From Octopus bimaculoides (Eukaryota), in contig NC_068991.1 in the NCBI RefSeq assembly GCF_001194135.2, forward strand, positions 72,600,546 through 72,664,545: a stretch of 64,000 nt of DNA. The letters are read 5' to 3'. The number at the start of each line of letters is the position of its first letter. The first letter of the stretch is position 1. The notes beneath the pieces were generated by a model. It saw nothing but the letters and a program-made list of their open reading frames with translations. It did not search any database and was not told the origin of the DNA. This document shows, in pieces, positions 51,938 to 64,000 of the stretch. The position numbers and the translations under genes were made by a program.

Positions 51938-52548
51938 GGCGCAGCTGTGGCTGTAGGATAAGAAGTATACTTCCCAACCACATGGTTCCGAGTTCAGTCT
52001 CATTGCGTGGCACCTTGGGCAAGTATCTTCTACTAGAATCTCGGGGCGAGTAAATTCGGTAGATAGAAACTGAAAGCACCTGCTTATTCTTCCCTCAGCT
52101 GTCTTTGTCTTTTGTTTTCTGTAAATTCGAACTACACACGGACACACACACTCTCTCTCTCACACACACACACTCACACACATACACACACACATATATA
52201 CACAATACCCACACATATACACACATACACACACACACATATAAACACACATACACACACATTCACACATACATACATACCCACTCGCATAAATACACAC
52301 ATACATATATATCCACTTATGTATCTGTCTTTGGTATGCGTGTGCTTACGTCCCAGTAACTTAGTGGTTCAGCAAAAGAGACCAAAAGAATAAGCACGGG
52401 GCTTAAAAACATATAAGCACTGGCGTTAATTCATTCGATTAAGAACTATTGAAGGTGGTGCCTCAGCGATTAAGAACTATTGAAGGTGGTGCCTCAGCAT
52501 GGCCGCAGTTTAATGACTGAAAAAAGTAAAAGACAAAAGATAAAAGAC
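51938..52548 (+). mobile_element. Family B SINE with expanded internal microsatellite and a 31-bp internal tandem duplication
   Basis: ggcgcagctgtggctgt head; cgattaagaactattgaaggtggtgcctcag x2 at about 52436-52497. Confidence 0.85.
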
Positions 52549-53197
52549 CAGTTTTGTAACTGTTTTTAATTCTCTATGCAACATTAAATACAAGATGCTA
52601 CAGGAAATTTTAACTCTCAAACAATGTGTATAATTTTTAAAGTGAATTTTATAATTTCCTAATTTGGAAATATTTGAAATCCTCTTGGTAAAGTAAATTA
52701 GCTGTGACCAACAAAAATCTTTACGTCGGATGAAACCCACATCTCAACTGATTTCTATGTGGCTCGGGTCCCTTAGAGTGTAAGAAGTTAAGGACCGAGG
52801 CCTTGCCTGACTGGGGTGTGTTCTCTGAAGACCTTCTGCTGTTCAGCTGTCTTGAGAGTTTCTTATTATCAACTGGCCATATGTGAACATGCTAGCTGTA
52901 TTGTAATGAATGTGAGTTATTAGAATTTAACAGAAAAAAGCAGCTAAAGCATAAATAGAAAAGCGAATATTTATTTGTTAGTTTTCTTGAAGGAAATTTA
53001 AAAACGAAGATTCATAATTTTCTTTCCGTATGGCGATAAACTTCTTTTAAGAGAAGTGGTAGCTTAAAGTGTTTAGAGATAGTGTTGAGAAATACGAGTG
53101 TCAGTGTGCATACGTATATGACTGCATACACAAACACACACGCATACAAACATGAGTACATAAACACACACACATATATACATGCATACACACACAC

Positions 53198-53240
<43 letters not shown>

Positions 53241-53842
53241 NNNNNNNNNNNNNNNNNNNNNNNNNNNNNNNNNNNNNNNNNNNNNNNNNNNNNNNNNNNN
53301 NNNNNNNNNNNNNNNNNNNNNNNNNNNNNNNNNNNNNNNNNNNNNNNNNNNNNNNNNNNNNNNNNNNNNNNNNNNNNNNNNNNNNNNNNNNNNNNNNNNN
53401 NNNNNNNNNNNNNNNNNNNNNNNNNNNNNNNNNNNNNNNNNNNNNNNNNNNNNNNNNNNNNNNNNNNNNNNNNNNNNNNNNNNNNNNNNNNNNNNNNNNN
53501 NNNNNNNNNNNNNNNNNNNNNNNNNNNNNNNNNNNNNNNNNNNNNNNNNNNNNNNNNNNNNNNNNNNNNNNNNNNNNNNNNNNNNNNNNNNNNNNNNNNN
53601 NNNNNNNNNNNNNNNNNNNNNNNNNNNNNNNNNNNNNNNNNNNNNNNNNNNNNNNNNNNNNNNNNNNNNNNNNNNNNNNNNNNNNNNNNNNNNNNNNNNN
53701 NNNNNNNNNNNNNNNNNNNNNNNNNNNNNNNNNNNNNNNNNNNNNNNNNNNNNNNNNNNNNNNNNNNNNNNNNNNNNNNNNNNNNNNNNNNNNNNNNNNN
53801 NNNNNCAGAAAAGAAAGAAACATCATAAAATGCTTATGTAAT

Positions 53843-54022
53843 ACTCTTACTCATTTACTCTTTTACTTGTTTCAGTCATTTGACTGCGGCCATGTTGGAG
53901 CACCGCCTTTAGTCGAGCTAATCGACCCAGGACGTATTCTTTGTAAGCCTAGTACTTATTCTATCGGTCTCTTTTGCCGAACCGCTAAGTTACGGGGACG
54001 TAAACACATCACCATCGGTTGT
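53843..54022 (-). mobile_element. Family B SINE 3' half
   Basis: tactcttttacttgtttcagtcatttgactgcggccatg... Confidence 0.88.
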
Positions 54023-54269
54023 ATTATTTGTAATATTGTATTATTAGTTTACAAAAAAAAAAAATATAAGATGAAAAAATTGTCGACTTTTATTTTATTC
54101 ATTATATATATTGTTTCCGGTACAAATTAATATTACGAAGAAATATTACCGGTCCCTGGAACATTGGAAAAAGAAACTGCCGGGACGCCACATCAGATCG
54201 TTTGAGAAGCACTGATCTAGGTTACTTCTGCATTGGATGAGAGATCGGGGAAAAGAACGTGATAGGTAG

Positions 54270-54532
54270 ACAGACAGACAAACAGACAAAGAGATAGATT
54301 GGTAGGTAGGTAGGTAGATAGGTGGATGTATAGATAGATAAATAAATAGATAGATAGGTTGCTCGGTAGGTAGATAGATAGGTAGATAGGTAGATAGATA
54401 GACAGATAGGTGGATGTATAGATAGATAAAAAACTAAATAGATAGATAGGTTGTTCGATAGATAGATAGACAGTTAGATAGATAGGTAGATAGATAGATA
54501 GAAAGATAGATGGATAGATAGATAGATAGATG
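54270..54532. repeat. (GATA)/(GGTA) compound microsatellite
   Basis: Direct reading. Confidence 0.95.
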
Positions 54533-55110
54533 GGATTTCTTATTGTGAAGGAAGTATTATTGCTATGAAGAATACAGTTTCAGTAAAAACACCCCAGGGG
54601 AGCATTCTACATATTTAATAAGATTACTCCTTATAAGTTGAGAATAATCTTCAGCATAGAACGATCTTCTACTATTACATTATCTTCTATATTTCGGAGA
54701 CTTTCTTTAATTGCACATTCATTGTTCTTGTTGTTGCTGCTGATCTCCGTATCGAATGAAACGAATATATGACGCAAAGCAATCCGAGGCAAGATTATCC
54801 TGTCATTATCTAGGTGTCAGACTACATGTGTCAACATGTTCCAATGTATCTCACCGTGTTAAGGACCCCTAAGGTGTGATGCAACGGCTATTTAGCTTCC
54901 TCGTAGGCACATTAATGGTTATGAAATGAAGACTCGTTGACAGTTATCCAGTCTTACAGTGTAGATAAACTGTTATGACTGCAGTGACACTATTTCGTAC
55001 ATGATAACTAGATTGTGAAATAGTCTAGAATCTAGATAACATAATATATATGACTTCTGTATGTTGAATATATCTGCCGTCTTATTTAGATTTATGTAAA
55101 TTGGAGAGGA

Positions 55111-55147
<37 letters not shown>

Positions 55148-55156
55148 CATACATAC

Positions 55157-55400
55157 ATAATAATATTAGGGATAAAATCCAAAATTACAGGTAAAAACTC
55201 AATTAAAATCAATTTATTAAAAATTAAAATTAAATTAAGTTTCACAGTATAAGATATATATAAATATATAGTTTTAGGGAAAAGAACCAAGGTTCATGAA
55301 CTCATCGATGAAAATCCAGTCACATATAGAAAAATTAATAATTAAAAGCACAATAAATAAGTATAATATAATACAAAGTAAATATCATAAGATCAAGATA
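55157..55400. mobile_element. Second copy of the 21305-21642 AT-rich element (left part)
   Basis: aatattaggga.aaaatccaaaattacaggtaaaaactcaattaaaatc nearly identical; flanked by TA/CATA repeats. Confidence 0.8.
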
Positions 55401-55432
<32 letters not shown>

Positions 55433-56202
55433 NNNNNNNNNNNNNNNNNNNNNNNNNNNNNNNNNNNNNNNNNNNNNNNNNNNNNNNNNNNNNNNNNNNN
55501 NNNNNNNNNNNNNNNNNNNNNNNNNNNNNNNNNNNNNNNNNNNNNNNNNNNNNNNNNNNNNNNNNNNNNNNNNNNNNNNNNNNNNNNNNNNNNNNNNNNN
55601 NNNNNNNNNNNNNNNNNNNNNNNNNNNNNNNNNNNNNNNNNNNNNNNNNNNNNNNNNNNNNNNNNNNNNNNNNNNNNNNNNNNNNNNNNNNNNNNNNNNN
55701 NNNNNNNNNNNNNNNNNNNNNNNNNNNNNNNNNNNNNNNNNNNNNNNNNNNNNNNNNNNNNNNNNNNNNNNNNNNNNNNNNNNNNNNNNNNNNNNNNNNN
55801 NNNNNNNNNNNNNNNNNNNNNNNNNNNNNNNNNNNNNNNNNNNNNNNNNNNNNNNNNNNNNNNNNNNNNNNNNNNNNNNNNNNNNNNNNNNNNNNNNNNN
55901 NNNNNNNNNNNNNNNNNNNNNNNNNNNNNNNNNNNNNNNNNNNNNNNNNNNNNNNNNNNNNNNNNNNNNNNNNNNNNNNNNNNNNNNNNNNNNNNNNNNN
56001 NNNNNNNNNNNNNNNNNNNNNNNNNNNNNNNNNNNNNNNNNNNNNNNNNNNNNNNNNNNNNNNNNNNNNNNNNNNNGGTAGGATGTATAGGGATGGTGGT
56101 GTTAGAATGTGTAGGGATGGGGTAACGAGGGAGAGGGGTGACGATGAAAAGAGAGGGTGGAAGGGAGAAGGTGGATAGGAGTGAAGAGAGGAAGTAGGTG
56201 CT

Positions 56203-56255
<53 letters not shown>

Positions 56256-58446
56256 CAGAGAAAGAGAGAATGGGGTGAGAGAGAAACTGAAAATCGCTGT
56301 TAGTTGACAATTAATAGAAAACCAAAGAGAAAGGAAGAAAATTGTTTTATTTAGGAAATTTTGACATCATAGATATTTTGAAAGATAATAATTCATCTCA
56401 TCCAGGGTCCTCCATTATATTCTCAATGTTTCCCAATATTTCATTGAATAAGTAGAAGCTCCAATGTAAATGCTGTTGTTAATGTCTTTAACAATTGATG
56501 GAGAACGAAAGAAGACGCTGGAAAATGACAGTTTCATTCACGGAATGATGACGTTATGGATATTCTGAAAATATTTCATTCAAATTCCTCCACCATCTAC
56601 TATAATATTACTTGCCAATATTTCATTGAATAAATAGAAGCACCGATATATTAGCGTTATGAACAATATGGCTCCAGCAAAAAATACCTCACGGCACCAT
56701 TTTATACACACAGTAACATCACTTTATATAATTTGAGTATGAAGTTCAACTTTGAATGATCTTCCAACGCTTCAGTTTCTCCCATATTTCATGGACACCA
56801 TTTAAATTGCTGTTGTTGTTTATCACCAAGCCAATTTTGATCAAAGAAATGCATGAGAAAAGGCAATCTTTTATTTGTGCAATGTGTAGGTGGAAGACTA
56901 CATTTTCTCAGGTTTCTTTCTGTGTAAAGGAAATTTGGGTGTGATATGACGGCGATTTAACTTCCTCGTCGGCTCCAATATGGAGTCGATGATGGATATT
57001 TATTTTTTTACGAATTGCAGATGAATTTTTATGGATTTATACATGGTTGCAGTATCACGTTTTCGAACATGATAACACCGATATTCTGGAATGTTCTAGC
57101 AACTAGCGGGCGTAATATATCTATGTTCAGTATATCTGCCGTGTTTTGTAGGTTTAGGTAAATTGCACAGAGAGCCCGAGAGAAGGAGAGCGAGATGGAG
57201 ATAAATAGATAGATAGATGGAGAGAGAGAAACAGAGAGAAAGAGAGAAAGAGAGAAAGAGAGAGAATGAGCGCGAGGAAGAAAAATTGAAGGGAATAGGA
57301 AGTAGAGACAGGAGAAAGAGAATAGCAGAAAATAGACTCTGAAACGCCATTTTGGTATTATCAATAGAGAAGATACAGGTATTTTTTCATTTGACTTATT
57401 ATGACGTCATATACAATATATTTTAAACAATTAATCGAAATTCTCGAAGCATATCGTCAATATTTTCTAAGGTGAAATAAATGAGTGAAATAATCATCAG
57501 AGATGCTTTGGATACAGGCAGAAACTGCAGAAGCTACGAAGAGGTTTTGCAAACTCTTCTAAATTCATTGCAATGTTGGAAATTCTTCCGTATCGTCAGC
57601 AGGTATCTAAGGGTCACAAACGTTTCGCCCTATTTAGCTTGTACACTTCCCATCAATTATGAAAAACTGCAATTGCTTCAGAAGAAGTTGGTTGTAAGAT
57701 TATAATATCAGAAGACCTCCGGCCGTGACAGTCCAAACTTTTACCGGGTCTGCAAGAGTACATTATCTGTTGCGCCATTTCCATATGGGACAATCATCTG
57801 TGTAATTTTTTTAATGTAACACAGCAGGAGTTATACAATGTGTGTATTTAATTGGGTTGTTTGTGAGATCCTTTTGGTAAATTAACTTTGACTGGCAAAT
57901 GTCCTTACGTCCGTTGGATCCTAAATTTTACTGAGAGCAACATACAATTGAACACATGTGAACACGTGGTTGAGTCAGAGATCAAGCTAAAAGCAGCGAT
58001 AGACAGACAGACACATGGGTAGAGAAATAGACAGACAGACAGATAGATAGATAGAAAAACAGACAGACAGAGAGAAACACAAATAGACTGAAAGATAGAT
58101 AGATAGATAGAAAGACTGATAGATGGAAAAACAGATTAATAACATCTCTTATTGTAAAGAGAGTAACTTATTAAAATTTTACTGACTAAAATTAATATTT
58201 ATTCGTAAGTTGTGTTTTGTTAAATTAAAAGAGTGAAAATTCGTTTTTTTGTGAACTAAACTTTATTTAAAAGAATTAGCAACTTAATGTCTTTATTAGA
58301 AATCGCTTTGAGAAATATATTAGCAGGCGTATGTAAATGCATACATACGCATACACACACATATATACACTCGCACAAATACATACACACTTACACACAC
58401 ACATACAAAATACATACATATATGCATACATAAATGCATACAAATA

Positions 58447-58494
<48 letters not shown>

Positions 58495-58984
58495 GAGGAA
58501 GAAGTGCATTGCGTCACTGTCTTGACTTTGTGAAATTGCACGGTTTTTATTCATGAAAAACTGTTCAATAATGAAATTATGAAATGATTAAAAAAAAAAA
58601 GATGATTACTCAACAATTTTCTGAAATGATTGAACAGAAGAAACTGAAGTGGACGATGACTGTGAGTCGTCTAGATTACTTGCGTATTTATTGGATGACA
58701 TATCGAGTGAAAAATAGTGATAGATGGATAGACAGATAAATAGATGTAGAGATAGATACATGGCGTTCCTTATTGGGAAAAAAAGCAAGTTATTAAAATC
58801 TATCAGAGAAAAACGAATGTTTTTAAGAAAGATTTAAACGAAGATACATAACTTTCTTTCCATTTTGTTATAAATTTCGTTTAAAAGAAGTTGGAGCTTA
58901 ATGTCTTTAAAGATTGTGTTGAGAAATATATATACATGCGTGGATGTGTACACGCATGCATACATACATACATACATACATACA

Positions 58985-59700
58985 TACATACATGGTAACC
59001 TAGAATACATGCTCGAAGAAGTCACACGACTCCACCGCAACGTATCATCAGATGAAAGAATGAGACTATATGAGCAGAAGACTATGCATAGATATGTTAG
59101 TAGAAAGCTCCGTGATGATAGTAACATCGATCATCAAAGCAGTTTATCATGGACCAATAGCCGGATTACTACCTCCCACTTTGAAGGGCATGCATTTGCA
59201 ATCCAGGAACAGGAAATATCAACCAAGTACTTGATGCGCAAAAGGGATAGAGATGCAGGGAAAGCCGTAAAATGTGACAACTGATGCAGACTTTGGGGAG
59301 TTAACACCGAAGATATCACCCACGTCATAAGCAGTTGTTCGAAAATGTAATCACGATGTTATCTACTGATGAGACATGATGTTGTAGCTAGGACATTCTA
59401 TAATGAAATCCGTCGGAAAGATAATCCCGAGGACAAAGAAATAAGAACCCACAATATGGTAGAAACCATAGCCACTCATAATAAAAAAGGAGTATTGGTG
59501 GAATATACCTGTGAAGACCTCAATAAAATGTAAGCATATAAACACGACAGACTTGATATAATGATTTGGGATAAAGAAGAGAAACTGTGCATAATTGTGG
59601 AACTTAGTTGAAGGAACCTTAGATCTAAGTTAGAAACCGGTTCTTTCTCTATTGGCAAGAAATCTTGAAATAAACTGAATAATGACGTACACATATACAT
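58985..59700 (+). mobile_element. R4/Dong-like RLE non-LTR retrotransposon 3' fragment (pseudogenised)
   Basis: ...EGHAFAIQEQEISTKYL...CRLW...EDITHVISSC...RHDVVA...(frameshift) EYWWNIPVKT...DIMIWDKEEKLCIIVELS: decayed CCHC knuckle, RHD motif and RLE PD..(D/E) region; several stops; (CATA)n on both flanks. Confidence 0.85.
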
Positions 59701-60024
59701 ACATGACATGACCAAATAGACTCCGAAGAGGTTGGCATTGGTCTGTGTCGGCAAGACATACTATATAATGAATTTGCTACCGGGAGTGGAAAATTCAATA
59801 TTTCGACTAGAATCTTTTTTCAGGGTAAGGTTGGTAGGATAGAAATTAAAAAGAGACATATTTTTGGGCTTCATGTATGAGTTTAAATTCTGCCAAAAGC
59901 GATTTTCCTTTTCATCCTTTTGAGGTCAATAAAATGAATACCAGTTGAGTACCGGGATCGATGTAATCGACTCACCCCTCCTCCCAAATTTCAGGCATTG
60001 TGTCTATAGTAGAAGTGATGCATA

Positions 60025-60640
60025 CATACATTGTTTTATGTACCCAGGCCTATTCCCCATTTCTTTTAGGAGTGGGTAGCCACAACAAGACACACATCTG
60101 GCATTCCATTCATTTCCCAGCCCCAAGAGGCGAGCCACGTTCCATGCTTGGGTCGAGGCATAGAATGCAACCCCCAATATCAGCAGCGGGGCCCGACAGC
60201 ATATGCTGGTTTACCCCCGCTGCATGATGCTGGTTCCGTACCCCTTTGAGCAACATCAAATTCACTCATCTGTCCACAAACATTTTCCAAGCTTTCCTAT
60301 CATTTATAAACTCTCTTGCCTTTCTCACTCCAAGACCTCTAACTACCAAAGCTTTCCTCACTCCATCCATCCACACAAACCGAGGTCTGCCTCTGGTTCT
60401 GCTGACTATTACTTCAGCCTTCATCACCCTCCTTACCATCCGTTCCTCATCTATCCTTTCCATGTGGCCAAACCACCTCAACATTCGTCTATCTATTTTA
60501 AGAGTTGCAAGAGTTAATTTTTCTCTCGTTCCTGCTCGCCTTCGCACTTCCTCATTCCTCATCCTCTCCATCCGTGTCACACCAACCATAGCCCTCAAAC
60601 AACTCATCTCAAACACATCCCATACATATTGGACAAATTT
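60025..60640 (-). mobile_element. RTE-clade LINE 3' fragment with 3'UTR and (ATGT)n tail
   Basis: ORF 60266-60664: VFEMSCLRAMVGVTRMERMRNEEVRRR...LRWFGHMER...RGRPRFVWMDGV...DRKAWK, the RTE ORF2 C-terminal signature. Confidence 0.9.
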
Positions 60641-61683
60641 TATAACGGATTTGGCTGCTACCAACGAAGAAGTTAGTCAATGGTAATTATGGTTTTGCTA
60701 GACATAGCAGCTGCTAAAAAAGACTGAAGTCATCGCTGTATGTGTGCAAAAAGGAAGGACAAAATAGATTATGTAGTCTCCGATAAACAATGCCTAAAAA
60801 CGATGAACTGGCTCGTGCACCGTCAGTAATACCGTGTTTAGTAAATGTAACATATTCAGTATGTGTGTGTGTGTGTGGATATGTGTATGCATATTAAGTG
60901 TGCTTGTGAGTGAGTGTGCATGAGTGAAAGGGAGAGAGAGAGAGAGAAAAAGAGAAGGAGAGAAAGAGGGAGAGAGATATGATAGGATGTTAGAAAAATT
61001 GTGAACATCGTTATTAATGCCTTTACACTTAATGGAGAACTAAAGGAAACGCTGGAAAATTTGTTTCATTCTCGGAATGATGACGTTATAGACATTTTGA
61101 AAATATTTCATCCAAATTCTCCCACTATATTCTTAATATTATTCTCCAATATTTCATTGAATAAATAGAAGCTGCAAGGTATTAATGTTATGAACAATAT
61201 GGCTGCAGTTAAATACCCCAGGGAAACATTCTATATACACGGTAACATCATGATTTTCACCTGCATTTTCCTCCATTTAATTACACATTGAATATTGTTG
61301 TTCATCACGAGGTTAGTTTTGGTCAAACAAATATATGGCAATCCAGTCATGACTATTCTGTCTTTCACGCAATATGTAGATGGTGGACAGAATGTCCTCG
61401 TGTGTCATTTCGTGTGTAGGAAAGTTGTGTGTGATATAGTGACTATTTGGCCACCTCGTCGGCACACTGATGGTTATGAGATGTAGACCCACTGATTGTT
61501 ATACTTCCTTACGAAGTGTAGATGAGCAGATATGGATTGTACATGGCTGCGGTGTCACTTTTTCGTACATAATAACAATTAGATTCTGGAATAGACTGGA
61601 ATAGACTGATATCTTTCTATATGTTAAATATATCTGCTGTCGTCTGTCGAGTTATACAACTTGCAGAAATATTTATAGAAAGG

Positions 61684-61766
<83 letters not shown>

Positions 61767-62225
61767 TAGGTAGGAGAGAAACCGAGGAAGATAAAGAGAA
61801 ATAAGAAAAACCGTTGTGGTATCTTACTGAGAGAGAAGTAAAGAAGACGCAGGAAAGTATTTTATTCCGTTAAAGTATTATGACATCAGAAACGATATAT
61901 CTTTAATAATCCATCCAAATTTCTGAACTATATTCTCAATATTTTCCAATATTTCCATGGATTAATGAAAACCACAATTCCTTCAGAATTTTTCGATTGT
62001 AGTATAGTAAAATGGAAAAACTCCTAGTCGTAACAATCCAACTTTTTACCGAGCTTGCAAGACTACGTTATTTGCTGTATTTTGTTAAGATTATTTCTAA
62101 ATATAGTCTATGGAAATTATTGCCAGCACTGACTTTTGCTACAACGTTTCGTATACGAGACGCCAGATGTAAACAAACAAACAATGAGATCGAATGCGTT
62201 TAATATATAAATTGGTAAATAGGTC

Positions 62226-62457
62226 GGCGAGCTGGCAGAATCGTTAGCACGCCGGGCGAAATGCTTAGCGGTATTTCGTCTGCCGTTACGTTCTGAGTTC
62301 AAATTCCGCCGAGGTCGACTTTGCTTTTCATCCTCTCGGGATCGATTAAATAAGTACCAGTTACGCACTGGGGTCAATGTAATCGACTTAATCCCTTTGT
62401 CTGTCTTTGTTTGTCCCCTCTACGTTTAGCCCCCCCCCGTGTGCAATAAAGAAATAA
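62226..62457 (+). mobile_element. Young full-length family A SINE
   Basis: A and B boxes intact; gcaataaagaaataa tail. Confidence 0.94.
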
Positions 62458-62544
62458 ATATGTAAATTGGTATATCCAATAACTTTACACTACTATGTGT
62501 GGTGGTTATTTAATAAATGTGTTCGAGGATGAATAATGGGTTAG

Positions 62545-62600
62545 ATGGGTGCTGATGAAGGGGCAAAACCCCTCGAAATATGGCATATATGCTCATTACC
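62545..62600 (+). ncRNA. Degenerate hammerhead-like motif (Penelope-type)
   Basis: CTGATGA (62552-62558), agggg/cccct stem II, C, GAAA, ATAT/ATAT stem III, ATA triplet; stem I atgggtg/tgctcat relies on three G-U pairs. Confidence 0.4.
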
Positions 62601-63584
62601 TATGTTTCATCTTCGAGCTCATTGTTTGTTGGTTTACATCTGACGTCTCGTATACAAAATGAATGAATGAATGATTCAACAGGATCCAATGAGTTGAGGG
62701 ACTGTGTTCTTCTCCAGTACCTGCTTTGGCATGCTTCTAAAGCCGAATGACCTTCCTAATAAACTACTTTACAGGGTGAACTGTGCGTATTTTTCAAAGT
62801 ATCAGTACTTGTACCAAAAATCGGTGTGGGCTATAATTTCTATAGATTATCTATAGAAATATTCTTAACAAAATAATATAAAACGCACTGCTAACACAGT
62901 AGAACGAGGTACTGACTTATAAAAGCATTTGATATACTTTATAGTATTTTCTGTTTGCATAACGAAATACAACGTACCTCCATATGATTATTATTTGCTG
63001 TGTCATTTCCTTTTGAGATTATCATCTGTGTCACTATTTTTTATGTAACATAGCAGGATTCGATGTAGAGGAAATTTGGCTGCTACTTCTTGCAAATCTA
63101 GCGACCATGTAGAGTTTTCCTCCTTGGCTGTCATAGTAGCTGTCGACATCGTATTCTTTTATTCTTGTACATGTTTCAGTCATTTGACTGCAGCCATGCT
63201 GGAGCACAAAAAAAAAACTAAGCTAAATGAGCATCGCTAAATGAACAACATATCTTGATTTTGGAATAGTCAAGAATTAATTATCTTTATTATCAAAGCT
63301 GCAATGATAATAATAATGATAAATTAATGCAATGAAAGTAATAAAAATAATAAAAAATTATACAAAAAGTAAAACAAATTAATAAAAAATCCATTCGGGT
63401 ATTCGATATCTTTAAAACTCATTTAGGGCGATTGTAGATGCACTTTTATAGATGTGCATTAAAAAAATCAACGTTGAGAGGTATTTTATGGGTTAAATTG
63501 CAATGTAAAAAACAATCATGTGGTTTGAAAACGTGCATTTAAAAGTAATAGTTACAATAAAATAATGAAAATAAAAATAATAAA

Positions 63585-63947
63585 AACAAGAGCACTCAGA
63601 GAGCGCAAACCTCTACCAAAGCAACGCCAACGATTAGCCAGAGATGATTTTTAAAATGATAATATCTGAAATAAACTCGACTGCTCTCACAAATGAGAAT
63701 ACTAAAAATGAACCCGACCGCTCTCAAAAATTAAGTAAAACAACAGCAAAAATAATCCAGAATCCTTGTCCGGTACTGGATCAATCCCAAAATCTATTCG
63801 GTTCGTACCAGTCATGAGGCCAAACATCCCTGAAAGTTTCATCCGAATTCATCCAGCGGTTCTTGAGATATCTTGTCCATGGACAAACAAATAAACAAAC
63901 AAACACGGCTGAAAACAATATTTCTGCCTTCGCTAAGGCGGACGTAA
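63585..63947 (+). mobile_element. Helentron-associated (HINE/DINE-1-like) non-autonomous element
   Basis: 5' aacaagagcactcagagagcgcaaacctctacc; internal (ACAA)n; 3' stem-loop gcctt-cgct-aaggc; decayed subterminal inverted repeat acctc(t)(a)cc / ggcgga(c)gt; A/T-rich flanks. Confidence 0.6.
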
Positions 63948-64000
63948 TAATAATAAAAATAGTTTGTATCCAGTCGAAGGTTTTCATGGAAGGCGAAAAT

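Noticed and set aside
3038-56310. Long ORFs of 150-350 aa in the track
   Set aside because: They are runs of N or translated (AT)n, (AC)n, (ATGT)n, (ACT)n microsatellites
50260-61675. The 700-bp array units as a decayed gene or transposase family
   Set aside because: The conserved ttgaataaatag has stops in all three + frames; the best - frame has a TAA in several copies; no family motif recognised
1947-62457. A/B-box sequences as tRNA genes
   Set aside because: They are SINE heads continuing into SINE bodies, with no cloverleaf

Overview
AT-rich, microsatellite-dense eukaryotic genomic DNA with 12 N-gaps, most flanked by simple repeats. The abundant SINE families match those I recognise from Octopus (inference, not a database result). 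I found no rRNA, tRNA, CRISPR array or intact transposase/RT ORF; nearly all long ORFs in the track are microsatellite or N-gap artefacts. Supported content: (1) dozens of SINE copies of several families; (2) dead LINE fragments (two R4/Dong-like RLE, one RTE, one CR1-like); (3) small non-autonomous DNA elements (piggyBac-like, hAT-like, a pogo-like end, a Helentron/HINE-like element); (4) a Penelope-type palindrome carrying two minimal hammerhead ribozyme cores, and a third hammerhead-like core; (5) several foldback structures, including a ~4.6 kb inverted duplication around a higher-order minisatellite; (6) a degenerate multi-kb tandem array in 47-63 kb that repeats a TGACGTCA motif; (7) a probable unidentified multi-exon gene on the minus strand. 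Its best evidence is two splice-bounded ORFs sharing the motif L-x-V-x-M-W-x-K-P-x-D-H with mostly synonymous divergence, inside a CpG-depleted domain, with a consensus RFX X-box further upstream at 48.2 kb. The gene model is tentative.
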